DNA of 64,000 nucleotides from Bacteroidales bacterium (lineage in GTDB: Bacteria; Bacteroidota; Bacteroidia; Bacteroidales; VadinHA17), in contig JARGFQ010000001.1 in the NCBI GenBank assembly GCA_029210565.1, positions 656-64,655 of the forward strand. The letters run 5' to 3'. The translations under genes were made by a program, and so were the position numbers. Under the pieces are notes generated by a model. It did no database searches, was not told the DNA's origin, and worked only from the letters and a program-made list of their open reading frames with translations. Below, piece by piece: positions 46,387-56,900 of this stretch. Positions within the stretch are counted from its first letter, which is position 1, and every line of letters begins with the position of its first letter.

Positions 46387-48648
46387 TCAGGAACCGTTGT
46401 TCAGGGCATCGCTCATCAGGAAGTCGCGGTGCGATTTCACCATGTTGACTGTATAGAGAAGCAGGTTCTTGCTTTCAGTGAGCAGATTCAGATACATCAG
46501 GGTGTTCTTTGTTCCGATAGATTCCGATTTGATGTATTTGATCTGTTTTTTCTTGATCTTCGTTATAAGGTCAAGAATAGCCTGCTGCTCAGCCAGCAGA
46601 CTCTCCATGTTACTGTGGTCCTGGTCCCTGATTACAATCTCGATACGGTCATAAAACTTGCTGATTGAGGTACTGAGCAGATTCAGGTCTTTGATCTGTT
46701 CCGGGATGAGCGACGGATGGTTGTTGTCGAGGTGCTCATAAATCGGATCGGAAATATATTTGAGGCAGTGTGCTATCTCCCTCAGATAGTCGAGGATCTG
46801 AACATAAAAAGGCCCGGTTTCGATGAATTCTTCCTCAAGTTTTCTCAGGGTGGGGTAGAGATTGTATTTCAACTCCTTGGTCCGCTGGTTGAGATCATCC
46901 ACATTCTTCTTTACCTTTTTCATCTTCTTCCAGTCTTCACCGGTGAGGCTGACAAGGCATGATGAATAGAGCTTACGTACCGATACCACGACGTCGGTGA
47001 TGGAGGTATTGCACTTATAAAGTATATTTTCGCCTGTAAGTGTCAGTTTGTCATCAAGTTCGTCCTTTTTGGAAGACGCGGCTAATTTTCTTTTGTGTCT
47101 CAACGCCGACCTGATCACAATGAAAAGTGCAACCGCCAATCCTGACACTGCGGCAATGATACCTCCCCAATGGAGTACAAGAGCTACCAGGAATGCCACC
47201 GTGAAGGCAGTGAGGGCTGTAAAGAACCATCCGCCAATGACTGTGACCACCCCGGTGATGCGGTACACTGCACTCTCCCTGCCCCATGCCCTGTCAGCCA
47301 GCGAGGTGCCCATGGCCACCATGAAGGTGACGTAGGTTGTGGAAAGCGGCAGTTTGAGTGATGTGCCGAAGGCAATCAGGCTACTGGCTACAAACATATT
47401 GACCGACCCTCGCAGGAGATCAAATGATGAGACATCAGCAGGACTCTGAAACCTCTTCCTGTAGGATTGGAAATCGAATCTTCTGTCAATGAACCTGGTC
47501 ACTTTTTCGGGTATGATCCTGCCGAAAAACTTTGATGCTCCGACCGTATGTCTGACAACTGACCTGGAAATACGTGATGATTCAAATCTCTCCGATCCGG
47601 AGCCTTGCCTGGCAAGATTGATCTCGGTCTGTGAAACTGTCTTTGCTTTTTTCGACATGAAGAGAGTCGCCACCATGATAATTCCGGCACCTACAAGGAA
47701 TATTGTCGGTGTCTTAACGGGCTCACTGAGAGCCCCCATCAGCATGGTGTCAGGGTTAAACGAGGGATCACTGGCAAACTCCCGGTACGATTCGAAACCG
47801 GCCAGTGGCACACCTATAAAGTTGACAAGGTCGTTGCCGGCAAAGGCCATAGCAAGTGAGAAGGTTCCAACGAGCACGATTATCCTGAGGATGTTAACCT
47901 TGAAGAATGAGTATAGCAGCTGCAAGATAATGGTGATTGCCACAAAGGCCAGTAGCAGGACCTTCATGGTATTGCTGCCGAGCCATTCAAGGGCTTCAGG
48001 GGTCATGAAAGAGGCTCCCTTGGCTCCCTTCACCAGTATGAAATAGACGATGGCAGTGATTGCCACGCCACCCCAGAGCGCCCCGAAATATTTCATGTAT
48101 TTCTGAAAATCGAAGGAAAATATAAGGCGCGTTATGAACTGTATGATCGTTCCAAAAGCAAAGGCGATCACAACGGAGAAGAGGATGCCAAAGATAATGG
48201 CCAGGGCCTTGGCCGTATTGATATAGTTGCCAATGTCTGCCAGGTTATCGGATGAATTGAAAATTTTGATGATCGAAATGGCAACAGCCGCGCCCAGCAG
48301 CTCGAAGACGATGGAGACGGTGGTGGATGTCGGGAAACCAAATGTGTTGAAGGTGTCAAGGAGAATGACATCCGTTATCATGACCGCCAGGAAGATGATC
48401 ATGATCTCGGAAAAATAGAACTGACCGGGATGAAAGATGCCTGATCGTGCTATCTCCATCATCCCGCTGGAAAAGGTGGCACCGAGAATTACACCCACTC
48501 CGGCAATTATAAGTATGACCTTAAGGGAAGCAGCCTTTGAGCCTACCGAGGAGTTTATGAAGTTGGCAGCATCATTCGAAATCCCGACGATCAGGTCAGA
48601 GACTGCCAGAATAAACAGGACAACTACGATGATCAGATATACATCCAC
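46387..48648 (-). CDS. Inorganic phosphate transporter (PiT/PHO4 family) with a C-terminal PhoU-like helical domain
   Basis: 753 aa. The N-terminal ...GISNDAANFINSSVGS... and the later ...GNDLVNFIGVPLAG... are the duplicated PiT signature regions. The C-terminal ~230 aa are soluble and helical. Confidence 0.8.
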   Translation of the reverse strand: MDVYLIIVVVLFILAVSDLIVGISNDAANFINSSVGSKAASLKVILIIAGVGVILGATFSSGMMEIARSGIFHPGQFYFSEIMIIFLAVMITDVILLDTFNTFGFPTSTTVSIVFELLGAAVAISIIKIFNSSDNLADIGNYINTAKALAIIFGILFSVVIAFAFGTIIQFITRLIFSFDFQKYMKYFGALWGGVAITAIVYFILVKGAKGASFMTPEALEWLGSNTMKVLLLAFVAITIILQLLYSFFKVNILRIIVLVGTFSLAMAFAGNDLVNFIGVPLAGFESYREFASDPSFNPDTMLMGALSEPVKTPTIFLVGAGIIMVATLFMSKKAKTVSQTEINLARQGSGSERFESSRISRSVVRHTVGASKFFGRIIPEKVTRFIDRRFDFQSYRKRFQSPADVSSFDLLRGSVNMFVASSLIAFGTSLKLPLSTTYVTFMVAMGTSLADRAWGRESAVYRITGVVTVIGGWFFTALTAFTVAFLVALVLHWGGIIAAVSGLAVALFIVIRSALRHKRKLAASSKKDELDDKLTLTGENILYKCNTSITDVVVSVRKLYSSCLVSLTGEDWKKMKKVKKNVDDLNQRTKELKYNLYPTLRKLEEEFIETGPFYVQILDYLREIAHCLKYISDPIYEHLDNNHPSLIPEQIKDLNLLSTSISKFYDRIEIVIRDQDHSNMESLLAEQQAILDLITKIKKKQIKYIKSESIGTKNTLMYLNLLTESKNLLLYTVNMVKSHRDFLMSDALNNGS

Positions 48649-48810
48649 CTGTTAAAATATTAATGAGATTTCCCTGCCTGATGCGCGGATCTTCCCGTGA
48701 CACTCTGTTAGGATCATCAATATTGTTTTAAATATAAGGTATTTATAAAAACAAATACATTTTGACACGCCGAAATTAAGTCAAATACCAAAAAGTACAA
48801 AGAAATAGCA

Positions 48811-48832
48811 CTGTTACATTTTTGTTACACAT
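48811..48832. promoter_or_regulatory. Two direct TGTTACA repeats at 11-bp spacing in the PiT/nikR divergent region
   Basis: ctgttacattt ttgttacacat has the same core and phasing as the triple repeat at 19045-19077. Confidence 0.4.
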
Positions 48833-48891
48833 AATTAAATCTGTTGACTATATTTACTGTGGATATTACGAATATTTAAAAAAGTAACACG

Positions 48892-49317
48892 ATGCCGGTT
48901 ATACGTTTTGGCGTTTCACTCGAGAAGGAGTTGCTTGATGCCCTCGACGGTTTTGTTGAGGAGAATCTCTTTGTCAACCGCTCCCAGGCCATAAGGCATC
49001 TCATCAGCAACGGTCTGGCCGAAAGCAAGTGGCAGTGCAACAATGAGGTAGCAGGGTCGCTGACAATGATATACGATCATCACCGCAGGGGTTTGGTGGC
49101 ACAGCTAACCCGCCTGCAGCATGAAAGGAACAATCTGATACTGTCGTCTCTTCATCTGCACCTTGATCACGGACAGTGCATGGAACTGCTGGCTGTCAGG
49201 GGGCGGGCGGCGGAACTTACCGCGCTGGCCGATAAACTGCGCAGCGTAAAGGGCGTAAGGTATGCAAGGCTTACCTTGACACGATTAACAGGCGAGGAGC
49301 ATCATGATGAAAGGTAG
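48892..49317 (+). CDS. nikR: Nickel-responsive regulator NikR (ribbon-helix-helix plus ACT-like metal-binding domain)
   Basis: MPVIRFGVSLEKELLDALDGFVEE..NRSQAIRHLI is the RHH region. The C-terminal domain contains His/Cys (…YDHHRR…HLHLDHGQCME…). Confidence 0.8.
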   Translation: MPVIRFGVSLEKELLDALDGFVEENLFVNRSQAIRHLISNGLAESKWQCNNEVAGSLTMIYDHHRRGLVAQLTRLQHERNNLILSSLHLHLDHGQCMELLAVRGRAAELTALADKLRSVKGVRYARLTLTRLTGEEHHDER

Positions 49318-50122
49318 AGTGCCGGCCCTGATATTGCTGATGATCATGCTGGCTCTTGCAGCATGCACCCCGGGCAGCCGCACCGGCCGAGCGGGTCGAC
49401 TAATCACCGATTACACCGGCCGAAACGTTTTGATACCTGATACAGTGCGGTCAGTCATAGCCCTCAAATCGGGGACGATGAGGCTGCTGTCATATATGGG
49501 TGTCACCGGCAGGGTAAGTCACATCGAGGGGAGCGAGCAGAGGCGCAACGTACCATACCTTTTTGCCAACCCCGATCTCCGCGGTCTCCCGGTAATCGGG
49601 GCCGGCAATAATTATGACACCGAGCTGCTGGCTGCGGCTGAGAGCGATCTCATCATTGCGACCTTCATGTCGACGCAGGAGGCGGACAGGCTGCAGCGAC
49701 TGACACGGAAGCCGGTCATCCTGCTCGACTACGGTGACCTGGGTGACCGGAGGGATGCCCTGGACGGGACGCTGACCCTTCTGGGAGAGATTTTCGGATT
49801 GCCAGAGAGGGCCGACAGCATAATCAGTTACTTTGAAACAACAATTGCCGAGTGTGTCTCCCGGGCCTCCCGGGCGACGGAGCCTCAACGGACAGCCTAT
49901 GTGGGCGGAGTAGCCTATAACGGAGCACATGGACTGACATCAACTGAATCCGACTACCCTCCCTTCAATATGCTCTCCGTTAAGAATGTAGCCAATGAGC
50001 CACAACTGAGAAATGACCGGAGCGAACCTGGCCACGGCAGCGGTAGTCTCCTTCTACGGTATCATTGCCTTCGTGGGTCTGGTGGTGCCACACATGGTCA
50101 GGAGGGTCATCGGCAGCGATGA
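49304..50122 (+). pseudogene. Cluster-A (FecB/CeuE/BtuF-type) ABC substrate-binding lipoprotein, 3'-truncated by a deletion
   Basis: Lipobox LALAAC. Binding-protein-like sequence runs to about ...PPFNMLSVKNVANE (about nt 49995). The rest of the ORF is an out-of-frame read-through of permease DNA. Confidence 0.65.
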
Positions 50123-50303
50123 GCGGTTCCTGATTCCCGGAGCAGCCCTCGCCGGCGCCGCCTTCATGGTAGGCTGCGACATCGTTGCACGGACACTCAT
50201 CTCACCTATGGTGCTGCCGGTGGGTATTCTGACATCGGTAATAGGAGCACCATTGTTTATATTATTGCTTGTCAGGGGGAAAGGAGGGGCACAGTGGAAA
50301 TGA
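50013..50303 (+). pseudogene. FecCD-family ABC permease, C-terminal ~95-aa fragment only
   Basis: ...[47 protein letters not shown]...[21 protein letters not shown] is the last ~2.5 TM helices of a BtuC/FecD-type permease. The roughly 240 N-terminal residues are absent. Confidence 0.7.
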
Positions 50304-51058
50304 TAACCCTCTCCGACGTCCGGTTTGCCTATAACGGCTTCCCGGTCATCAAAGGTATAACCCACAGCTTTGCAAAGGGCTCTTTCACAGCCCTTCTGGG
50401 GCCGAACGGATCGGGTAAGAGCACCCTTCTCAGGCTGATCAACGGCATTCTGACGCCGCAGGCCGGAACGGTGGAGGTTATGGGCCGCAGTGCCGGCAGC
50501 ATCAGTGCCAGGGAGATGGCCAGGGAGATGGCATATGTCCCGCAGATGCAGTACAATACCTTCCCGGCCACGGTGTTCGATCCTGTCCTGCTGGGCCGTA
50601 ATCCATACATCAGCTGGTCGCCCGGCAAGGACGACCGCAGGATCACGGCAGAGATACTGGTCAGGCTTGGCCTCGATGACATCGCGCTCAAGGATCTCAA
50701 CAAACTCAGCGGAGGGCAGCGGCAGCAGGTCTTCATTGCCCGCGCACTGGCACAGCAGCCGTCGGTGATACTCCTCGACGAGCCGACAGCCAACCTCGAC
50801 CTCAGGCATCAGCATGAGATACTTCGCCTGCTTGGCGAGCTTGCCGCGGGCGGCATCACGGTGCTGGTGGCCATACACGATCTCAACCTTGCGCTGAAGT
50901 ACTGCAGTGAGTTCATGATACTCCACGACGGACAGGTAAGGGCCGAAGGAGGGAGTAAGATCTTCAGCGAGAAACTGATAGAGGATATTTACGGGGTAAG
51001 GATAAAGATAATATGGCATGAGGGGGAGATGTATATTCTGCCCACAGAGCCGCTTTAG
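50300..51058 (+). CDS. ABC transporter ATP-binding protein (FepC/FecE-type)
   Basis: Walker [10 protein letters not shown], signature LSGGQRQ, Walker B ILLDEPT. The ATG at 50300 overlaps the permease stop (ATGA). The long antisense ORF at 50054-51079 is a shadow. Confidence 0.88.
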   Translation: MITLSDVRFAYNGFPVIKGITHSFAKGSFTALLGPNGSGKSTLLRLINGILTPQAGTVEVMGRSAGSISAREMAREMAYVPQMQYNTFPATVFDPVLLGRNPYISWSPGKDDRRITAEILVRLGLDDIALKDLNKLSGGQRQQVFIARALAQQPSVILLDEPTANLDLRHQHEILRLLGELAAGGITVLVAIHDLNLALKYCSEFMILHDGQVRAEGGSKIFSEKLIEDIYGVRIKIIWHEGEMYILPTEPL

Positions 51059-51078
51059 CAAACTCAAGCAGGACAACA

Positions 51079-51465
51079 ATGGATCTGAAAATTGAGATAA
51101 TAGGATATGTGCACAATGAGTGGGAGAGTGCCGAACCGGGTGATGCCGACAGGATGAAGGAGAGCATCTCCACCATCGAGGTGAGGGAGGAGTTTGCCGA
51201 GGCGCTATACAGGATCGAAAAGTACAGCGAGCTCAACATCCTCTTTTACTTTGACCGTTCCGACGGTTATGAGCTTCGCACTGTCACCCGTTCGGGAGAG
51301 GTGAGGGGTGTATTTGCATGCTGCACCCCCCGCAGGCCGAGCATGATAGGAATGACCGCCGTCAGGTTGCTGGGTGTTGAAGAGAACACGCTAACCGTCA
51401 CCGGCCTCGACGCCCTCAACAACACACCGGTGCTCGACATCAAGCCGGTGGTGACGAGCCGTTGA
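51079..51465 (+). CDS. TrmO/TsaA-like (YaeB, UPF0066) N-terminal-domain protein
   Basis: 128 aa. ...RRPSMIGMTAVRLLGVEENTLTVTGLDALNNTPVLDIKP is the characteristic TsaA-like beta-barrel end. Confidence 0.7.
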   Translation: MDLKIEIIGYVHNEWESAEPGDADRMKESISTIEVREEFAEALYRIEKYSELNILFYFDRSDGYELRTVTRSGEVRGVFACCTPRRPSMIGMTAVRLLGVEENTLTVTGLDALNNTPVLDIKPVVTSR

Positions 51466-51539
51466 CATTTCCTGGGGAAATAACCCTGCCTGGTATTCCG
51501 GGTGCTAACGAAAAAGAGTAAATTTGATATAAAAAGATA

Positions 51540-51896
51540 ATGAGTCTGTCAATTCTGAAATGGTTTACCAGGATTCTGGCTATTGCAGCCATACTGTTTC
51601 TGGTCATCTTCTCACTGGAGGTATTCTCAGGTAATGAACCCTTTGGCAAGAAACTGGCAGGTTTTTTAATTCATAACATTCCTGCCTTACTACTTATTAT
51701 CGCCCTTATTATTGCATGGAGACAGGAGATTGCCGGGGGAGTAATTTTCCTGCTGGCATTTATTGTAATGGCTGTCTTCTTCAAATCCTTCGCCGGGAAC
51801 AGTGCTTCACTGATTGTCATCTCCCCGTTCTTTATTGCAGGATGTGCCTTTATCATCCATGCGCTGCTCTCCGCCAGGAAGGGACAGCAGGTATAG
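51540..51896 (+). CDS. Small four-TM membrane protein, unknown function
   Basis: 118 aa, four hydrophobic helices. I recognise no family. Confidence 0.45.
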   Translation: MSLSILKWFTRILAIAAILFLVIFSLEVFSGNEPFGKKLAGFLIHNIPALLLIIALIIAWRQEIAGGVIFLLAFIVMAVFFKSFAGNSASLIVISPFFIAGCAFIIHALLSARKGQQV

Positions 51897-51902
51897 AACA
51901 GT

Positions 51903-52418
51903 CTATCTCTCCCTGTCAGTTTCAATCAGGTCACCGTAGAATGATATTTGCTGCCTGTTGGTGCTGTTGACCTTCAATGTTGCCGATCCTGTTTTCCCGA
52001 TATGAAAGGTATATTCCAGCCTGTCATTTTTGTTTTCGGTTTTGAATGAAATCATCCAGCCTCCTTTTTCCCAGTCCTCTACCCTGAGGTCACTGATCTC
52101 TCCCTTGAAGCTCAGGGGCGAATCAGTGCTTCCGTACTCAGCACGGTAGGCCCTGCCAAAATAGGGGAGGTAAGAATCTATTTCACTCTCAGTTACAATC
52201 ACCCTGTATGAGGAGGTCAGTGTTCTGCTTCTGCCGGATGCAGGCAACATCTGTGTAGCATCAAACTGCCATGTGCCGGCGTTTACCAGGGCTTTGGTCT
52301 TTTCAACCAGTTGCGCCTTCCGGGCTGCCTTTGCCTCTTTGCGTGTCATCCGGGTCTCCTGGGCGTACAGCATGCTTACAGAAACCAGCATCAACAATAT
52401 GATTGATAGCTTTTTCAT
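51903..52418 (-). CDS. DUF4251-like secreted protein
   Basis: Signal peptide. It is 171 aa with ...GTWQFDATQMLP..GRSRTLTSSY...DSYLPYFGRAY... character. Confidence 0.55.
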   Translation of the reverse strand: MKKLSIILLMLVSVSMLYAQETRMTRKEAKAARKAQLVEKTKALVNAGTWQFDATQMLPASGRSRTLTSSYRVIVTESEIDSYLPYFGRAYRAEYGSTDSPLSFKGEISDLRVEDWEKGGWMISFKTENKNDRLEYTFHIGKTGSATLKVNSTNRQQISFYGDLIETDRER

Positions 52419-52742
52419 GACTTTGCTTTTTTCTTATTAACAGCAATTTTCATGCCTTTTGATGTACCATGACAGAGTTACATGAATCCATACGGCTATA
52501 GTTCAGGTTCCCTTGCCGGTGAACGCGGGGTAGCTATGACGGACAATTTGGATGTGACACTTCCCGGTGAATTCTGACTGCTGCGGCTGAACATTCCCTT
52601 CCGGGATCTTCTAATCCAATGTTTGGACCCGGGTTCGGATCAGGATAGAGCAAGACCGGTGCTCCAGGGAAGCGAAACAGCTCCCTCAGAATTACAAAAC
52701 CGATCTGCAGTCACTTTTTAGTCTATTCTGAGGCCTGGCTTA

Positions 52743-53771
52743 TCACCGCCACTCTGCATATCCGATACCGCCTCCCACGAAAACATTGTATGTGGTGCTG
52801 GAATACCACATCCTCAGTTTTGACCCCGTGCCCTGCAAGACTGTTGGCCAGCCGACGTAAGTTATATCCCAGCCAGTGAGCTCATTACTAACTACCACAA
52901 CTGGATTATCAGCATCACGCTCCCAGGTAATGCCATCCGGAGAGGTGGCATGGCCGATGAGCCAGGAGCCGAACTCACCGCCCCCATACCACATCTCAAA
53001 GCCTGTGCCATTGTGGATTACGGTACCGGCCTGTACCCTCGGGAAATCCCATTTACCATCTCCTCCGTTATCCAGCACCGGGTTTCCCGGATGACGGGTC
53101 CAGTTAGCTCCGTCATTTGAGGTGGCATATCCTACCTTAATTTCTGTGCCGTTTGATCCATTGTACCACATGTGGAATTTATTGTCACGGTAGAGTACCG
53201 GACCGGAAGACTGATCTACTCCTTCCCACCCGGTCTGGGTGGCTGGCATCAGGACAGGATTCGACGCACTCTTTGTCCATGTAACTCCGTCGGGGGAGGT
53301 GGCATAGCCGATGTGTTCATTCTGCATATCTCTCCCGGTATACCACATGTGAAACGTGTTTCCTGCTTTTACAACATAAGGCATATAAACCATATGTTCT
53401 TCAAAGCTGCCTTCCGGACCCTTTACCAGCACAGGATTTGAAGGGTCCTTCGTCCATACAAAGCCATCTGGAGAGGTGGCATGACCTATTGCAAACGGCA
53501 CATTCTGACCCTCTATTATCGCTCCGCCATACCACATATGGTAAACATTATCAATAAAAAGAACAGATGCCTGAATCAGCGTACTCTCATCCCATGAACC
53601 TGCCGTGCCTGACAGCACGGGACTATAGTTCTTAACCCAGGATACATCCGCTTCTTCTTCATCAGGATCAGGACAAAGCCAATCACAACCAGTGGCTGTT
53701 ACAAATATCAATCCCATTAAAAACCATGGGAGAATCCGGATTCTTGCTTTAGTAGTTTTCATTTTTTTCAT
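52743..53771 (-). CDS. Beta-propeller lipoprotein with repeated G(H/Y)ATSxDGxxW(T/E) blades (GH43/GH130/GH32-clan-like)
   Basis: Lipobox ATGCDW. Four near-repeats are GHATSPDGFVWTKDPSNPVL, GYATSPDGVTWTKSASNPVL, GYATSNDGANWTRHPGNPVL and GHATSPDGITWERDADNPVV, each preceded by an MWY(G/T/N)G strand. Confidence 0.55.
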   Translation of the reverse strand: MKKMKTTKARIRILPWFLMGLIFVTATGCDWLCPDPDEEEADVSWVKNYSPVLSGTAGSWDESTLIQASVLFIDNVYHMWYGGAIIEGQNVPFAIGHATSPDGFVWTKDPSNPVLVKGPEGSFEEHMVYMPYVVKAGNTFHMWYTGRDMQNEHIGYATSPDGVTWTKSASNPVLMPATQTGWEGVDQSSGPVLYRDNKFHMWYNGSNGTEIKVGYATSNDGANWTRHPGNPVLDNGGDGKWDFPRVQAGTVIHNGTGFEMWYGGGEFGSWLIGHATSPDGITWERDADNPVVVVSNELTGWDITYVGWPTVLQGTGSKLRMWYSSTTYNVFVGGGIGYAEWR

Positions 53772-53971
53772 GTTTTGGTTGATATATGCAAGTTAAGATC
53801 GACAGTGTTGACCTGCTGTCGGAAAAGTCTCAAAGATGGACCCGGGCGTCCCAGGTATATTCCCTGGCTGTTGTGAAATAGTATTAACCAATGTGTAGAA
53901 TCTAAACAAAGTTTAATTGAAAACAGATGCAACTTCTGTAAAATATTTTTCTTAACTTACTTACCGGCTGA

Positions 53972-56900
53972 ATGCTGATTTGTCCGGTTCTCAACCTAAA
54001 TCGTAGCATTCAAATGCAGGATAAGTGGGCTCATAACGTCATTTGCCGCATTGGTATGGCATTGCTGCTTGTGCTTGTGGTACGTTTCAGCATTTCCACT
54101 GCGGTCCGTGCGCAACCCTCCAGCTGGGACATCACATATTTCTCAACCGAAGACGGCCTCTCATCAAACCATGTCAACTGCGTCACCAAAGACAGCAGGG
54201 GTTTCATCTGGGTGGGAACCGACAACGGGCTGAACCGGTTTGATGGCTACACCTTTATAACACTCAGGCTCCCCTCAGGAGCATTACATCCCCTTTCAGC
54301 CCTCAAGGTACTTACAGTCATGGAGGATAGCGACAGCATCCTGTGGATTGGCACTTCCGACGGACTGTTCAGATACGCCCCGGTGAATCCGCTCAGCGAC
54401 ATCAGGCAGTACAGGTATCTTGAAAAACCGGAGACACACACCTACAGGTTTTTTCAGCCAGTATGGGAGATTTGCGAGGATAAAAACGGACTCTTCTGGC
54501 TTATTTGCATGGACCCCGATGAGGGGGTCCCCGGGGATATTCGGACATTCGACAGGGTGACAGAGACGTTCAGATGCATCTATCCCGACAGTTCCTTCAC
54601 ACTTGAAGAAGATGACACTGTTATGCGGTCTATTGCCACTCAAATATACTCTGACAGCAGGGGAGACCTATGGATAGGCGCCCTTACAGGGCTGTACAGG
54701 TATGATTTTGAAACCGGCTCCTTCGAAAGATTTATACCGTTCCAGGAGAGCCCTAAGCCGTATATCAGCTGGATAATAAGAATATATGAAGATCGCTTTG
54801 GAAATTTCTGGACCTCCGGCATATACGGCCTTTCCCTGTTCGACAGGGAAAACCACACTTTCGGGAAACACATACCACTTGAGGTTAAACAGACCTGGCG
54901 TGAGGGTTTTCACTCAGTGGTATACGCCTTCGGGGAGGACAGTAACGGGTATCTCTGGCTGCGCGTGAACCAAAGCCTGATGAGACTCATGCATCAGCCG
55001 GAAGCTCTTCCCGCTACTGAAAGCATTGAAGGATACGAAACTGACTTTACAGTGGTTGAGATCAATCCCGAGTTCTCCTTTTTCCTCGAGAGCCCCTGGC
55101 TGGCATGGCTGGGGGTGCCCGACCGCGGTCTGTGCTGTATAACTGTCAGGCGTAATGAATTTCAAACAATCAAACCCACTTCTCTTAACGTGTCTGGGGT
55201 AAATGACAGGGATATGGTTCATTCACTTTATATCGACATCAATGATAAAATATGGATTTCCAATGACGGCGCTGAAAATGTGGCAAATTACGACATCGCA
55301 AATGACAGGCTGAACCTGTACCGGATCTTTCCCGGTGAGTCTGTTGATGATATGGAGACAGACGAGAACAGTGATCTCTGGTTTGCCTCACGGTACGGCA
55401 ACATCGCCCGGGCAACGGTTGCCGGCAAAGGGGCGATAAGCTTCACCTCCTACCATCCTGACCTTAAGAATCCGGCCGCCATGACTCCGCGCCATGAGAT
55501 CTACGCACAGAGAAAGGGCGAGGCCTCTACCCATATGTGGGAACATCTTCTGTACAAGGAGAGGGATGGTACGCTCTGGTTTAATTCCGGACGTGGTATA
55601 CACGACAGGTACGATCGCGAAACGGGCGGGTTTATTCATCTCGACCACAGAACAGCCGGTTATGTCAACAACGACACCTGTGTGGAGGCAGCAGTGGCCG
55701 GGGAGATATGGTTCCCATCCTCAGAGGGACTGCTGAGGCTGCTTCCCCCCTTTTCGAAGAGTGATGCTCACACCCTTACGCCGGAAGCCACCATCCTTTA
55801 CCGCAACGTGCCGGGTGACGATAGTTCCCTCAGTTCCGACTGGGTCAGGGCCATTCATTTCAGCAGGTATTATGAGCCGGGAACCATGTGGATAGCAACA
55901 ATCCGGGGAGGACTGAACAGGATGGTCACAACGCCAATTGCTGGCAGCGGACGGCACGAAGTTCACTTCAGGCATTATACCATCGCTGACGGTCTGTGCG
56001 ACAATAACGTACTTGGTATCATCGAGGACCATCGCGGCTACCTGTGGCTGAGCACTTTGAACGGCCTCTCGCGCTTCGATCCGCGCACGGAACAGTTTCA
56101 TAGCTTCTACAGGAAAGACGGACTGCCAACCAATAGCTTCGGCTGGGCTGATCCTTCCATGAACTCTTCAGGTGAGCTTTTCTTCCCTACCGAGGCGGGG
56201 GTCCTATGGTTCCATCCTGACAGCATCCGCATCAACAGTGAAGTGCCTCCTGTATTCATCACCGGGTTCCGGATCTATAATGAGCCGGTCTACCCCGGGG
56301 ATAAATCCCCACTGCAAAAAGAGATAACGGAGACGCAGTCGGTGGAGCTCACCTCCAGGCAGAATTTTCTCTCCTTTGAGTTTGCAGCCCTCAATTTTGA
56401 AAATCCCGGGAGGAACCACTACAGGTACCTGCTGGAGGGATTCGAAAGAGATTGGACCTATTCGGAATCGAGGAGGTATGTGGAGTATAAAAATCTTAAG
56501 CCCGGGAGCTATACCTTCAAGGTACAGGGGTCAAACAACAGCGGGGTATGGAATGAAGAAGGAGCCTCACTGGCGATAGTCATCCGTTACCCGCCCTGGC
56601 AGACATGGTGGGCATATATCATCTATTTCCTGATTCTTGCCGGTATGCTACTGTGGTACAGGAGGTTCCTGATGAACCGTGAGCGACTCAGGGCTGCCGT
56701 CGAGGTAGAACGCGCGGAGAAAGAGAAGATAAGGGCGATCGATACTTTCCGGTCGCGATTCTTCACCAACATTTCCCATGAGTTCCGCACTCCCCTGACC
56801 CTGGTGGCCGGTCCGCTGGAAGACTCCCTGAGAACCGGCGCGGAGACGGTGCCTGTCGGAAAGATTGTTCTTCAGTCGATGCTGCGAAACACCCGGAGGC

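Noticed and set aside
50054-51079. 341-aa minus-strand ORF, the longest unexplained ORF in the track
   Set aside because: It is exactly antisense to the ABC ATPase gene, which has Walker A/B and signature motifs. Its translation is Arg/Pro/Leu-rich without motifs.
52627-53860. GGACCCGGG-containing motifs flanking the propeller gene, considered as terminal repeats of a mobile element
   Set aside because: Only about 9-12 nt are shared and both are in direct orientation. There is no transposase and no target-site duplication. They are mentioned only as a possible regulatory motif.
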